NCBI GenBank assembly: GCA_035351775.1
Contig: DAOPWT010000002.1
Coordinates: 1-50,345, forward strand
Direction of reading: 5' to 3'
Length of the DNA: 50,345 nucleotides
From: Bacillota bacterium
Lineage (GTDB): Bacteria; Bacillota; DTU025
Positions 34,150-46,352 of this stretch are shown piece after piece. Numbering within the stretch: the stretch's first letter is position 1; every line of letters starts with the position of its first letter. The notes below the pieces were generated by a model. That model made no database searches, was not told the DNA's origin, and saw only the letters and a list, made by a program, of their open reading frames with translations. The translations under genes were made by a program, and so were the position numbers.

Positions 34150-35553
34150 GTGGAAATGTCCTACGGGATGGTTCAGCAGCAGGTACAGAGGCTGATAATG
34201 ACTCCCCAGCTACGACAGGCTATCCAACTTCTTCAGCTGCCGACAGTGGATCTGGCGCAGTACGTCCAGAATGAGCTTCTCGCAAACCCGGTTCTGGAGG
34301 AGGCCGAACCGCCGTCTGAGGGGGCGGTCGATGAAACCCGGACGTCTCATGCCGATGATGATCAGATAGATTGGGCAGGCTACTTCGCCGGCGATGGGGG
34401 CGCCGACTCTGGCTGGCCCTCCGACTCATCTGATAGAGACGGTGATGATGATCCCGTCAGGCTCATCAGATGGGAACCTTCGCTTGCCGAGCGTCTGCAT
34501 GTAGAGCTCCGAGTGGCGTGTACGTGCCCCAAGGCCCTCTGGATCGGCGAGTATCTCCTCGGATGCATCGACGATAGCGGCTTCTTCCGTGCAGACTTGT
34601 GCGATGTGGCGGCCGCGCTGGGCGCCGCTGAGTCTGAGGTGGAGGATGTGCTTCATCTGATCCAATGCCTAGATCCCGTGGGCGTGGGGTCCCGAAGCGT
34701 CCAGGAATGCCTTGAGCTGCAGATATCGGCCAGGCCAGCCCCTGATGACCTGCGGGCGCTGGCGCTGCGAATCGTCCGAGAGCACCTAGACGACCTAGCT
34801 GAAGGCAGGATATTGCGTATCGCCTCTGAGCTTTGTGCAGACGTCACGCAGGTTCAAGAGGCCGCCGACATGATACGCGCGCTCTCTCCTCGCCCGGGCC
34901 AGGACTACGCGGGGGTAGGGCAAGCCAGGTACATCGTTCCCGATGTGGTTGTCGAGAAGGTAGGCGATGACTACGTTGTGACGCCGTGTGATTCGGCGTC
35001 GCCCCGGTTGATCATAAACAGCGCGTACCGAGCGATGCTGTCTGACACCGGAACGGATGCGACTGCCAGGGATTTCATACGCGAACGACTCAATTCGGCC
35101 GCGTGGCTCATACGTGCGCTTGGTCAGCGTCGCGACACAATCGCCAAGGTTGCGACTTCCATCGTGTCTCATCAGCGTGACTTCTTCGATCGGGGCATTC
35201 TCCATTTGCGTCCACTGACGCTGAGGGAAGTGGCTGTTGACATCGACATGCACGAGTCGACCGTCAGCCGGGCGACTGCAGGGAAGTACGCGCAGACTCC
35301 CCGCGGCACATTCGAACTTCGCTTCTTCTTCGGTTCCGGGGTGAGCACCTCTGATGGCGATACCGCATCGGCCGCCAGCATAAAGAAGTACATCAAGGAG
35401 ATGATCGCCTCCGAAGACGCCAAATCGCCGCTATCAGACCAGGAGATAGCGAACGCGTTGACCGGTGAAGGTATCTGCATTTCCAGGAGGACAGTGGCTA
35501 AATATAGGGGTGAGCTGGAGATACCCGCGTCGGCGCGGCGGAGGAGGTACTGA
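34150..35553 (+). CDS. rpoN: RNA polymerase sigma-54 factor
   Basis: Region I is LIMTPQLRQAIQLLQL. An acidic region II follows. The HTH is LTLREVAVDIDMHESTVSRA and the RpoN box is ISRRTVAKYRGEL. The start is uncertain among 34150, 34156 and 34168. Confidence 0.9.
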   Translation: MEMSYGMVQQQVQRLIMTPQLRQAIQLLQLPTVDLAQYVQNELLANPVLEEAEPPSEGAVDETRTSHADDDQIDWAGYFAGDGGADSGWPSDSSDRDGDDDPVRLIRWEPSLAERLHVELRVACTCPKALWIGEYLLGCIDDSGFFRADLCDVAAALGAAESEVEDVLHLIQCLDPVGVGSRSVQECLELQISARPAPDDLRALALRIVREHLDDLAEGRILRIASELCADVTQVQEAADMIRALSPRPGQDYAGVGQARYIVPDVVVEKVGDDYVVTPCDSASPRLIINSAYRAMLSDTGTDATARDFIRERLNSAAWLIRALGQRRDTIAKVATSIVSHQRDFFDRGILHLRPLTLREVAVDIDMHESTVSRATAGKYAQTPRGTFELRFFFGSGVSTSDGDTASAASIKKYIKEMIASEDAKSPLSDQEIANALTGEGICISRRTVAKYRGELEIPASARRRRY

Positions 35554-35604
35554 GCATTCCTGCGTTGCAGTGGCCCAGCCCGGGAAAGATGTCAGAGGAG
35601 GAAC

Positions 35605-35633
35605 TTGGCCTTGTGCGCAGAACATGCTATATT
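35605..35633 (+). promoter_or_regulatory. Sigma-A-type promoter of the cggR-gap operon
   Basis: TTGGCC (35605-35610), a 17-nt spacer, then TATATT (35628-35633) preceded by an extended -10 TGc. Confidence 0.5.
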
Positions 35634-35641
35634 AGGGCTAG

Positions 35642-35677
35642 CGGGACAGGAATTGCCCAAGCGGGACGCAAAGCGTC
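35642..35677 (+). promoter_or_regulatory. CggR operator (tandem direct repeats)
   Basis: The sequence CGGGAC-aggaat-TGCC-caag-CGGGAC-gcaaag-CGTC reproduces the B. subtilis operator layout CGGGAC-N6-TGTC-N4-CGGGAC-N6-TGTC. Spacing is identical and 18 of 20 specified bases match. It lies between the -10 element and the cggR RBS. Confidence 0.65.
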
Positions 35678-35692
35678 CAGCCAAGGGAGACG

Positions 35693-36733
35693 ATGATGGG
35701 AAAGACGGCTGACGTCATAGCTGTGCAGTGTCGGATAGCGCCGGAACTCGCTGAGAAAATCGTGCTCCGTCACCTCATCCTGAGGCACGTATCGTATTCG
35801 CAGCCCATAGGGCGGAGGGCGCTTGCCCAGTGCATGGGGAGGAGCGAGCGCGAAGTCAGGCGAGAAGAGGGCGTTCTCCGGGAGGTCGGGCTCATCGTAG
35901 TGGGCCCGGATGGCATCCGCCTCTCCAGAGATGGGGAGGATATCCTGTGGGAACTGGGAGAGTATGTTCGCCTGCTCACCGGCACTGGAGAACTTGAGAC
36001 GACGCTGGTGGAGAGATTTGGCCTCGAGCAAGCTGTAGTTGTGACTGGCGACTCCGACCGCGACGATGCCGTGAAGAGGGATATCGCGCGGGCGGGCGCG
36101 GCTTTGCTCAGGGACGTGATCTCTGATGGCGATGTGGTAGCTGTGACGGGTGGCACCACAATGGCTGCTCTGGCCCAGGAGGCTGTGGAGTTGCGCTCGG
36201 TCAGAGATCTTGTGGTGGTTCCCGCCCGGGGCGGGCTGGGGGAGGATGTCGAAAAGCAGGCCGACACGGTTGCTGCGTCTTTGGCCAAGAAGTTGGGAGG
36301 AAGCTACAGGCTTCTCAACCTCCCGGACGACCTCGGGCTGGAGTCCGCAGCAAGTGTACGCGAAGAACCACGGATCAAGCAGGTCCTCGACACGATCCGG
36401 CAGGCAAGTGTGGTTGTGCATGGAGTGGGCACGGCTGTGGAGATGGCGAGAAGGAGGAACCTCTCTGAGGCCGAGATCGCTCACATTCAGCAACTGGGGG
36501 CCGTGGGCGAATCGTTCGGGTTCTACTTCAACTCAGCCGGTGAGGTTGTGTACACCACGTCTAGCCTCGGCCTGAGGCTCGCAGACCTATCGTCAGTTCC
36601 CACGGTGATATGCGTGGGCGGTGGGGCGAGCAAGTCGGAGGCGCTGTCGGCGGTGTTGCGTAACGGGTTTTCCCATATTGTTGTCACGGATGAAGGAGCA
36701 GCGCGCGAGATCAAACACGAATCAGGGAGGTGA
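35693..36733 (+). CDS. cggR: Central glycolytic genes regulator (SorC family)
   Basis: An N-terminal wHTH is followed by a SorC sugar-phosphate-binding domain (VAVTGGTTMAAL, VVPARGG). It sits directly upstream of gap-pgk-tpi-eno and downstream of its own operator. Confidence 0.85.
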   Translation: MMGKTADVIAVQCRIAPELAEKIVLRHLILRHVSYSQPIGRRALAQCMGRSEREVRREEGVLREVGLIVVGPDGIRLSRDGEDILWELGEYVRLLTGTGELETTLVERFGLEQAVVVTGDSDRDDAVKRDIARAGAALLRDVISDGDVVAVTGGTTMAALAQEAVELRSVRDLVVVPARGGLGEDVEKQADTVAASLAKKLGGSYRLLNLPDDLGLESAASVREEPRIKQVLDTIRQASVVVHGVGTAVEMARRRNLSEAEIAHIQQLGAVGESFGFYFNSAGEVVYTTSSLGLRLADLSSVPTVICVGGGASKSEALSAVLRNGFSHIVVTDEGAAREIKHESGR

Positions 36734-37765
<1,032 letters not shown>

Positions 37766-37798
37766 CCACGTCGCGCAGCGGAGAGGAGCTGATCGGCA

Positions 37799-38995
37799 TT
37801 GCGCAAGCTAGCAGTGGAGGATGTGGAAGTGGCCGGCAAGCGTGTGTTCGTGCGCGTTGATTTCAATGTGCCGATGGACGCTGACCGGAACATAACCGAC
37901 GACAGGAGAATCGCCTCAGCACTTCCGACAATAGAGCACCTGATCGGGCGAGGGGCGAAGGTGATACTCGCCTCTCACCTAGGACGTCCCAAGGGCAAGT
38001 ACGACCCTGGTTCCACCATGGACCCGGTTGCGGATCGTCTTTCGGAGCTTCTGGGCCGGCCTGTGCGCAAGCTCGCTGACTGTGTGGGGCCGGAAGTGGA
38101 AGCGACCGTGGCGGCAATGTCGCCGGGCGACGTGGTTCTCCTTGAAAACGTGCGGTTCCATAAGGAAGAGGAGGCAAACGACGCGGCGTTCGCGCGGCGC
38201 CTGGCGGCGCTGGCGGACCTATTCGTCAACGACGCGTTCGGCGCGGCCCACAGGGCGCATGCCTCGACCGAAGGCATAGCTCACTACATACCTGCCGTGG
38301 CCGGGTTCCTGATGCGCAAGGAAATGGAGATCATGGGGCAGGCTCTGGCCGATCCGGCCCGCCCGTTCGTCGCGATACTCGGCGGGGCGAAGGTATCTGA
38401 CAAGATCGGCGTCATCGATAACCTGCTCACACGCGTGGACGCGTTGCTCATCGGAGGCGGCATGGCCTTCACGTTTCTGAAGGCTCAAGGCCACGAGGTG
38501 GGCAAGTCGCTGGTGGATGGGGAGAGGCTGGGATACGCAGGAGACGCCATCGATCGCGCGAGGGCGAAAGGAGTTCGATTTGAGCTTCCCACAGACGTAG
38601 TCGCGGCAGAGCGGTTCGAAGCTGATTCGCCGCATCGCGTCGTTACGGTCGACGATATCCCTGCTGATTGGATGGGCCTCGACATCGGTCCGGATACCAC
38701 ACGACGGTTCGCCGAAATCGTGCGCGGCGCAGGTACAGTGGTGTGGAACGGCCCAATGGGAGTATTCGAGATGGAGGCCTTCGCCGCAGGCACACGCGGC
38801 CTGGCGGAGGCGATGGCGTCGTCGGGCGCTGTGACCATTGTTGGAGGCGGCGATTCCGCGGCGGCGTGCGAGCAGTTCGGCCTAGCTGAGAGGATGACAC
38901 ACGTGTCGACAGGCGGCGGCGCGTCGCTTGAGTTTCTGGAGGGTAGGGTGCTGCCGGGAGTTGCGGCGCTTGGTGATAAGGAACCGGGGGTGTAG
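37799..38995 (+). CDS. pgk: Phosphoglycerate kinase
   Basis: The TTG start follows GGAGAGGAG. The motifs are [24 protein letters not shown] and STGGGASLE. Confidence 0.95.
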   Translation: MRKLAVEDVEVAGKRVFVRVDFNVPMDADRNITDDRRIASALPTIEHLIGRGAKVILASHLGRPKGKYDPGSTMDPVADRLSELLGRPVRKLADCVGPEVEATVAAMSPGDVVLLENVRFHKEEEANDAAFARRLAALADLFVNDAFGAAHRAHASTEGIAHYIPAVAGFLMRKEMEIMGQALADPARPFVAILGGAKVSDKIGVIDNLLTRVDALLIGGGMAFTFLKAQGHEVGKSLVDGERLGYAGDAIDRARAKGVRFELPTDVVAAERFEADSPHRVVTVDDIPADWMGLDIGPDTTRRFAEIVRGAGTVVWNGPMGVFEMEAFAAGTRGLAEAMASSGAVTIVGGGDSAAACEQFGLAERMTHVSTGGGASLEFLEGRVLPGVAALGDKEPGV

Positions 38996-39001
38996 GAGTC
39001 T

Positions 39002-41108
<2,107 letters not shown>

Positions 41109-41134
41109 GCGAATGCGAGTGGGGGCGATGAGGC

Positions 41135-42196
41135 GTGCACGGCATAACTCGAATCCCGGGCGTGCTCGTAGGGCACGCGCAGAATGATGAAGCTCTCACC
41201 GGCTGCACAGTGGTGTTGACTCCTGGCGGGGCCGTTGCGGGTGTGGACGTCAGGGGCTCGGCCCCGGGCACGCGCGAAACCGATCTCATGCGTCCTTGTA
41301 ACCAAGTTGAGAAGATCCAGGCCGTAGTGCTTTCAGGTGGAAGCGCTTACGGCCTGGACTCTGCTTCAGGAGTCATGAGGTTTTTGGAGGGCAAGGGAGT
41401 TGGGTTCGCCACTCCCTTCGGCGTGGTTCCCATCGTGGGCGCGGCAGTCATCTACGATTTGGGGTTGGGCGATCCCAGAGTCCGACCGGACGCAGAAATG
41501 GGCTATGCGGCGTGTCTTGCTGCGTCTTCCGGGCCGTGCCGTGAGGGTAATGTCGGCGCCGGAACCGGCGCCACGGTGGGCAAGATCATGGGCCCGGAGT
41601 ATGCAATGAAGGGCGGATTGGGGACGTATGCGACCCTGCTGTCCGGCATGGGACAGCTCGAAGCAGGCGTGGGCGCAGGCGCAGATGGAGACGACGGGCA
41701 GGTGCTCGTGGGCGCGTTGGCGGTTGTCAATGCCCTTGGGGATGTGATCGACCCATGGGCAGGGCGGGTCGTGGCTGGAGCATATGACCGCGGCGCCGGT
41801 CGGTTTGTGGGGCCCGGCGCCAGCCGGACCGGGGCGAACCTGACCATCCAGGCTCAAACGGGAGCCTGTATGAACACCACTATTGCGGTCGTGGCCACAA
41901 ATGCTATTCTAGATAAGGAAGGCGCAAACAAGGTCGCCCAGATGGCCCAGGATGGGCTGGCGCGGGCAATTGTACCGGCTCACACCATGTACGATGGCGA
42001 CACGGTGTTCTGCCTGTCTACTGCGGAGAGACCCCTGTCGGGCGAGAAGGCTGCCGATATCACTGCCATAGGCTCACTAGCTGCAGAAGTGCTGGCAGCA
42101 GCGGTGGTCAGGGCTGTGGAGGCGGCAAGGCAGGCGGGGGGATGCCCGGCGGTGTGCGACATCGAAACCAGACGCCGCGACTCGGATCGCAAGTGA
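41135..42196 (+). CDS. P1/S58-family peptidase (DmpA/L-aminopeptidase-like)
   Basis: The motifs are GVLVGHAQ, TGCTVVL, LSGGSAYGL, and NTTIAVVATNA at the self-processing/nucleophile region. Confidence 0.8.
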   Translation: MHGITRIPGVLVGHAQNDEALTGCTVVLTPGGAVAGVDVRGSAPGTRETDLMRPCNQVEKIQAVVLSGGSAYGLDSASGVMRFLEGKGVGFATPFGVVPIVGAAVIYDLGLGDPRVRPDAEMGYAACLAASSGPCREGNVGAGTGATVGKIMGPEYAMKGGLGTYATLLSGMGQLEAGVGAGADGDDGQVLVGALAVVNALGDVIDPWAGRVVAGAYDRGAGRFVGPGASRTGANLTIQAQTGACMNTTIAVVATNAILDKEGANKVAQMAQDGLARAIVPAHTMYDGDTVFCLSTAERPLSGEKAADITAIGSLAAEVLAAAVVRAVEAARQAGGCPAVCDIETRRRDSDRK

Positions 42197-42298
42197 CCGA
42201 GATCGAGGGCGGAGCCCGGCAGTTTGGGCAATGGCGCCTGTCTGTGCCCCGATAATCGTCCGGCACCCGAAAGGGGCTGGAACGGAGGTGCGATTGCT

Positions 42299-42826
42299 TT
42301 GAAACCAGATACTCGGCAGATCACGATCGCGGGAGTGCTTGGGGCTCTCACTTTGGTACTCGGCATGACGCCCCTTGGTTTCATCCGAGTGCCCACACTT
42401 GCCGGCGCTGTCACAATAATGCATCTTCCTGTCATTCTCGCCGGCATCACAGGAGGCCCGGTCATAGGAGTCGCTGTCGGCCTCATATTCGGACTTCTCA
42501 CAATGATGCAGTTCTGGCCGTACGACCCTCGTGTACTCATACCGGCAAGGGTGCTGATTGGCCCGGTCGCCTTTCTAGTGTACAGGGCGCTTTCGGGAAC
42601 GGGGTGGGGCCTTCCGCTGGCCGCCGTGGCGGGCAGCGCCGTCAACACCGTGGGCACGCTGGGGTTGGCCGTCGTGTTTGGGTGGATTCCGTTCGCCGGT
42701 AAGGAGGGCGCGCTCGGCATTGCGCTGATACACGGCATACCGGAAGCGATTGTTTCGGCTCTGGTGGTGACGCCGATAGTACTGGCTGTGAACCGCGTAA
42801 TGCCTCGACGTAAGCATCGACCGTGA
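42299..42826 (+). CDS. ECF-transporter substrate-specific (S) component, substrate unknown
   Basis: The TTG at 42299 lies 10 nt after GGAGG. The product is about 175 aa with 5-6 TM segments (ITIAGVLGALTLVLGMTPLGFIRVP....VTIMHLPVILAGI). Confidence 0.7.
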   Translation: MKPDTRQITIAGVLGALTLVLGMTPLGFIRVPTLAGAVTIMHLPVILAGITGGPVIGVAVGLIFGLLTMMQFWPYDPRVLIPARVLIGPVAFLVYRALSGTGWGLPLAAVAGSAVNTVGTLGLAVVFGWIPFAGKEGALGIALIHGIPEAIVSALVVTPIVLAVNRVMPRRKHRP

Positions 42827-42841
42827 TTGCGGCGATTGCGG

Positions 42842-42870
42842 TTGTCACGATTACTGGCGTGTGGTAGAAT
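42842..42870 (+). promoter_or_regulatory. Sigma-A-type promoter of secG
   Basis: TTGTCA (42842-42847), a 17-nt spacer, then TGgTAGAAT (the -10 hexamer is 42865-42870, with an extended -10 TG). It lies 38 nt upstream of the secG GTG. Confidence 0.55.
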
Positions 42871-42907
42871 CAACTGCAGTGTTGTTCATGCATAGGGGGT
42901 TCCTGCG

Positions 42908-43126
42908 GTGGAGACGGTTCTGATAATCGTAGAGTTGTTGCTCTCTGTAGCACTTACGGTGATGGTGGTTTTGCAGCAGAGCAAAGGCGAGGGCTTGGGC
43001 GTCATAGGCGGTGGCGGGCAGCTTTTCTTCAGCAAGAACAAGGGCCTAGAAGCTTTTCTCGAGAAGGCTACCACCTGGGTCGCCGCTGCCTTCCTGCTGG
43101 TCTCCGTCTTGTTTGCGTTCGTCTAG
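42908..43126 (+). CDS. secG: Preprotein translocase subunit SecG
   Basis: 72 aa with two TM helices separated by QQSKGEGLG..GGGG, which is typical of SecG. Confidence 0.85.
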   Translation: METVLIIVELLLSVALTVMVVLQQSKGEGLGVIGGGGQLFFSKNKGLEAFLEKATTWVAAAFLLVSVLFAFV

Positions 43127-43149
43127 ACGCCGTCGCGGAGCGATGATGG

Positions 43150-43184
43150 CCTCGCACTTGCGCTGCAGTGCGAGGTCTTGTTGT
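43150..43184 (+). terminator. Terminator after secG
   Basis: The 9-bp perfect stem is CCTCGCACT-tgcgctgc-AGTGCGAGG, followed by TCTTGTTGT. Confidence 0.55.
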
Positions 43185-43212
43185 ACCGAAATACCATTCG
43201 AGGAGAACCACC

Positions 43213-44739
43213 ATGGGACTAGTCGGCAGTCTCTTAAGGCAAGCTGGGCGCGATCCCGAGCGCATTGCCCTCGCGGATTCCGTCGGCCGGTCGGTCAGCT
43301 ATGCTCACCTGGCGTTGGCTGTCGGAATCGGAGCGGGTCGTCTGCGCGACGCAGGCATTGGGCCCGGCGACAGAGTGCTCTTATGCTTGCCCAACGGCTT
43401 TGATTTCGTGCGGGCTTACTATTCCGTGATTGCGGCAGGAGCCATCGCTGTTCCAGTCAGCCCTCAGTTGCCAGTGGGGGACGTTGAACGTGTTGTAGAC
43501 GACTGTCAGCCCTCGGCCGCGATTGCTGCGCCTGATGCCGCCGTGTTCGGGCCGAAGGTTCGGCTCACCTGCGCCGACCTAACCTGTAACGAGGCAGAGA
43601 ATGAAGACGGCGCACGATATGCAGCGGCCAGGGCGCGGAGCGCTATGGGAGTGCTCGAAACGGCTGCCGCAAGGACGGAACAAGGCCCAGCGGTTATCTT
43701 GTACACGTCAGGCACTACCGGCGAGCCGAAAGGGGCTATGCTTTCCGGGGAAGCCCTCGCAGCGAACGCGGAGGCCATGGGGGAGGTTTCGTCCTCGCGC
43801 CCGGAGGACATTCACCTGTGCGCTCTTCCGCTGCACCATTCATTCGGGGCGACTGTATCGATGAACATGCCGATCGCGACGGGCGGACGAATCGTTTTTT
43901 CGGGCCAGTTTGTCCCGATCGGGGTGGCAAAGCTAATTGGGCGCGCTCGCGTGACGGTGTGGGCCGGGGTGCCGGCCATGTTCGCGGCCATGGCAGTGCG
44001 TGCAGATGTGGATCGCTGCGACCTGGAAAGCCTGCGCATGTGCATCTCGGGTGGCGCGGCGCTCTCGGGCCGCATTTTACGCGCGTTCCACGAGCGGTTT
44101 GGGATCGAGATAGCCGAAGGGTATGGGCTCACAGAAGCATCGCCGGTGGTTACAGCCACGCGAGCGGGCGATCTCGTCGTCGCCGGGGCAGTGGGGCCGC
44201 CTATCCCAGGTGTGTGTGTGCGCATCGTCGACGAACTCGGCGGGGACGCGGCGCCGGGCAGCGCCGGCGAAGTGTGTGTGTCAGGCCCAGGTGTGATGCT
44301 GGGCTATCACGGTCGCCCCTGGGAGACAAGTCAGGTTCTTCACGACGGCTGGCTGCGCACCGGCGACATGGGGTTCGTCGATGAGCGCGGTTACCTTCGG
44401 ATTCTAGATAGGCAGAAAGATATCATCAATACCTCAGGATACAAGGTCTACCCGGCCGAGGTGGAAGAGACCATAAGGCAGCACCCGGCGGTGGACGATG
44501 CTGTCGTCATCGGGCAACCCCACCCTGTTAGAGGCGAGGTCGTGGCTGCCCATGTGCAGCTCAAGCCGGGTGCAAGAAGCACATCAGAGCGGGAGCTCAT
44601 CCTTTTCTGCAGGCGTCGGTTAGCCAACTACAAGGCTCCGGCCTGCGTGATCATACATGAAGCGCTGCCTGTGAACGAAATGGGCAAGCCCTGCAGGAAG
44701 CTTGTCCGCACAAGGAGAGATGGCGAGATCAATGAATAG
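43213..44739 (+). CDS. AMP-dependent acyl-CoA synthetase/ligase (long-chain-fatty-acid--CoA ligase-like)
   Basis: The ATG at 43213 follows GAGGAGAA. The motifs are LYTSGTTGEPKGAML, GYGLTEASP, GWLRTGDMG and the trailing YKVYPAEVE. Confidence 0.85.
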   Translation: MGLVGSLLRQAGRDPERIALADSVGRSVSYAHLALAVGIGAGRLRDAGIGPGDRVLLCLPNGFDFVRAYYSVIAAGAIAVPVSPQLPVGDVERVVDDCQPSAAIAAPDAAVFGPKVRLTCADLTCNEAENEDGARYAAARARSAMGVLETAAARTEQGPAVILYTSGTTGEPKGAMLSGEALAANAEAMGEVSSSRPEDIHLCALPLHHSFGATVSMNMPIATGGRIVFSGQFVPIGVAKLIGRARVTVWAGVPAMFAAMAVRADVDRCDLESLRMCISGGAALSGRILRAFHERFGIEIAEGYGLTEASPVVTATRAGDLVVAGAVGPPIPGVCVRIVDELGGDAAPGSAGEVCVSGPGVMLGYHGRPWETSQVLHDGWLRTGDMGFVDERGYLRILDRQKDIINTSGYKVYPAEVEETIRQHPAVDDAVVIGQPHPVRGEVVAAHVQLKPGARSTSERELILFCRRRLANYKAPACVIIHEALPVNEMGKPCRKLVRTRRDGEINE

Positions 44740-45283
44740 AGAAGAAGCACTGGCTGCGGTGAAGGCCAACGTTTCCAACGCCAACCTGATCAAGCACATG
44801 GTGGCGGCCGAGGTATGCATGCGCGCGCTTGCCCGGCGATTCGGCGAGGATGAGCATACATGGGGGCTTGCCGGGCTGCTGCACGACATAGACTACGACA
44901 GTGCCGGCGCGGATGCGGCGCGTCATTCGCTGGTGGGCGCGGAGATGTTGGAGGAGATGGGCGTGGATCCTGACGTAGTCTACGCTGTTCGAGTGCACAA
45001 TGAATGCCACGGGCTGCCCAGGCTCTCGGCCATGGACAAGGCGCTCCACGCCGTCGATCCACTGACCGGGCTCATTGTGGCTTCCGCGCTCATACATCCG
45101 TCCCGGAAGCTCGCAGCGATTGACGTTGGCTTCGTCATCAATCGCTATCATGAGAAGGGGTTCGCCAGAGGCGCCAAGCGCGAACAGATTGCCCTCTGTT
45201 CGGAGTTGGGCATGGATCTCGCCGACTTTGTGGGAGTATGCCTCGAAGCAATGCAGCAGCACGCGGCAAAACTGGGCCTGTGA
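44732..45283 (+). CDS. HD-domain metal-dependent phosphohydrolase (function unknown)
   Basis: The motif is HMVAAEVCMRALA...LAGLLHDIDYD. The gene overlaps the ligase gene by 8 nt. Confidence 0.75.
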   Translation: MNREEALAAVKANVSNANLIKHMVAAEVCMRALARRFGEDEHTWGLAGLLHDIDYDSAGADAARHSLVGAEMLEEMGVDPDVVYAVRVHNECHGLPRLSAMDKALHAVDPLTGLIVASALIHPSRKLAAIDVGFVINRYHEKGFARGAKREQIALCSELGMDLADFVGVCLEAMQQHAAKLGL

Positions 45284-45335
45284 TGTATGTACCCGAGAGG
45301 CGGCGGGGTGTTTACTGGGCGTGGGGGTGTGATGG

Positions 45336-45815
45336 GTGTCGAATGAGGAGACCGGCGGTAAGCTCGTAGCCAGTAACCGAAAGGCCAGGCACGAGTATTT
45401 CATCGAGGAGACATATGAGGCAGGCATCGCCCTGACCGGGACCGAGATCCAGAGTGTAAGGCAGGGCCGAGTCAGCCTGGGTGATGCGTACGCCGAAGTC
45501 AGAGGCGGCGAGGTATTCCTGGTCAACTCGCACATAGCGGAGTATGACTATGGAAATAGGTTAAACCATAACCCGAGGCGTCTGCGAAAGCTGCTGCTGC
45601 ATAAGTCGGAAATCCGGCGCCTCGATTCGCGAGTCCGGGAGCGCGGGTACACAATAGTGCCGCTCAGGATGTACCTTCGAGGGGGTCTGGCCAAGCTCGA
45701 AATCGGCCTGGCCCGCGGCAAGAAGACGTGGGACAAGCGCGAAGACATCGCAAAGCGGGACGCGCAAAGAGAGATAGAGCGCACGTCGAAGGCGTCTGGG
45801 CGCGAGCGGGACTAA
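45336..45815 (+). CDS. smpB: SsrA-binding protein SmpB
   Basis: The motifs are [39 protein letters not shown] and GKKTWDKRE. The tmRNA gene is directly downstream. Confidence 0.95.
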   Translation: MSNEETGGKLVASNRKARHEYFIEETYEAGIALTGTEIQSVRQGRVSLGDAYAEVRGGEVFLVNSHIAEYDYGNRLNHNPRRLRKLLLHKSEIRRLDSRVRERGYTIVPLRMYLRGGLAKLEIGLARGKKTWDKREDIAKRDAQREIERTSKASGRERD

Positions 45816-45824
45816 AACTAGTCG

Positions 45825-45854
45825 TTGCATCGTTCGGTCTTCGCGTGGTATGAT
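45825..45854 (+). promoter_or_regulatory. Sigma-A-type promoter of ssrA
   Basis: TTGCAT (45825-45830), an 18-nt spacer, then TGgTATGAT (the -10 hexamer is 45849-45854). It ends 16 nt before the mature tmRNA 5' end. Confidence 0.5.
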
Positions 45855-45870
45855 GACGTAAGCAGTGATA

Positions 45871-46224
45871 GGGGGCGTTACGGTTTCGACGGGGAGTGCT
45901 GTGAGGGGCGTGGCGAGCCGAGATCCCACCCGCTCGTTAAACGGTGGAAGCACGATAAGTGCCGATAACTCACTAGCATACGCAGCCTAGTTAACTAGGT
46001 TGCCGTCCGACCCGGGCTTATTCCGGGAGCCTGGCAAGGGCGTCATTTAAGCCGGGATGCACGTGCGCCAATTCTCGGAGGCGCTCGCCAAGATAATCGA
46101 GATAGCCCTCGTGCAGCGCGCTCGTGCGCGGTACGTTGGGTGAAAGCAAGTACGCGGGCTACGCTCGTAGAAGCGCGCCAAGTGGTCTTTCCGGACCCGG
46201 GTTCGACTCCCGGCGCCTCCACCA
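45871..46224 (+). ncRNA. ssrA: tmRNA (transfer-messenger RNA)
   Basis: The 5' GGGGGCGUUACGGUUUCGACGGGG pairs with the 3' ...GGACCCGGGUUCGACUCCCGGCGCCUCCACCA to form a 7-bp acceptor stem that includes the G3:U Ala identity pair. The T-arm is CCGGG-UUCGACU-CCCGG. The candidate tag frame GCC GAU AAC UCA CUA GCA UAC GCA GCC UAG (45961-45990) encodes (A)ADNSLAYAA. Its stop lies inside the palindrome CCUAGUUAACUAGG. Confidence 0.95.
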
Positions 46225-46263
46225 GATTCACAGTCAGTCCATGGCAAACAATGCATGTCCGGC

Positions 46264-46293
46264 AACCTCATCCGTCGTGGGTGAGGTTTTTTT
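46264..46293 (+). terminator. Rho-independent terminator after ssrA
   Basis: The 10-bp stem is AACCTCATCC-gtcgt-GGGTGAGGTT (one G:U pair), running into a T7 tract. Confidence 0.8.
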
Positions 46294-46352
46294 GAGCGCC
46301 CCAACCCGAGAGGAATCATGCTCTTGCTGCAGAAACTAGACATCGTACATAT

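Noticed and set aside
42218-42290. Superficial resemblance of the ECF leader to the fluoride (crcB) riboswitch: GGGCAAUGGCGCC... and CCC-GAAA-GGG-CUG.
   Set aside because: The 3' tail cannot form the required pseudoknot with the first loop. The linker lengths differ, and the downstream gene is not a fluoride-related transporter.
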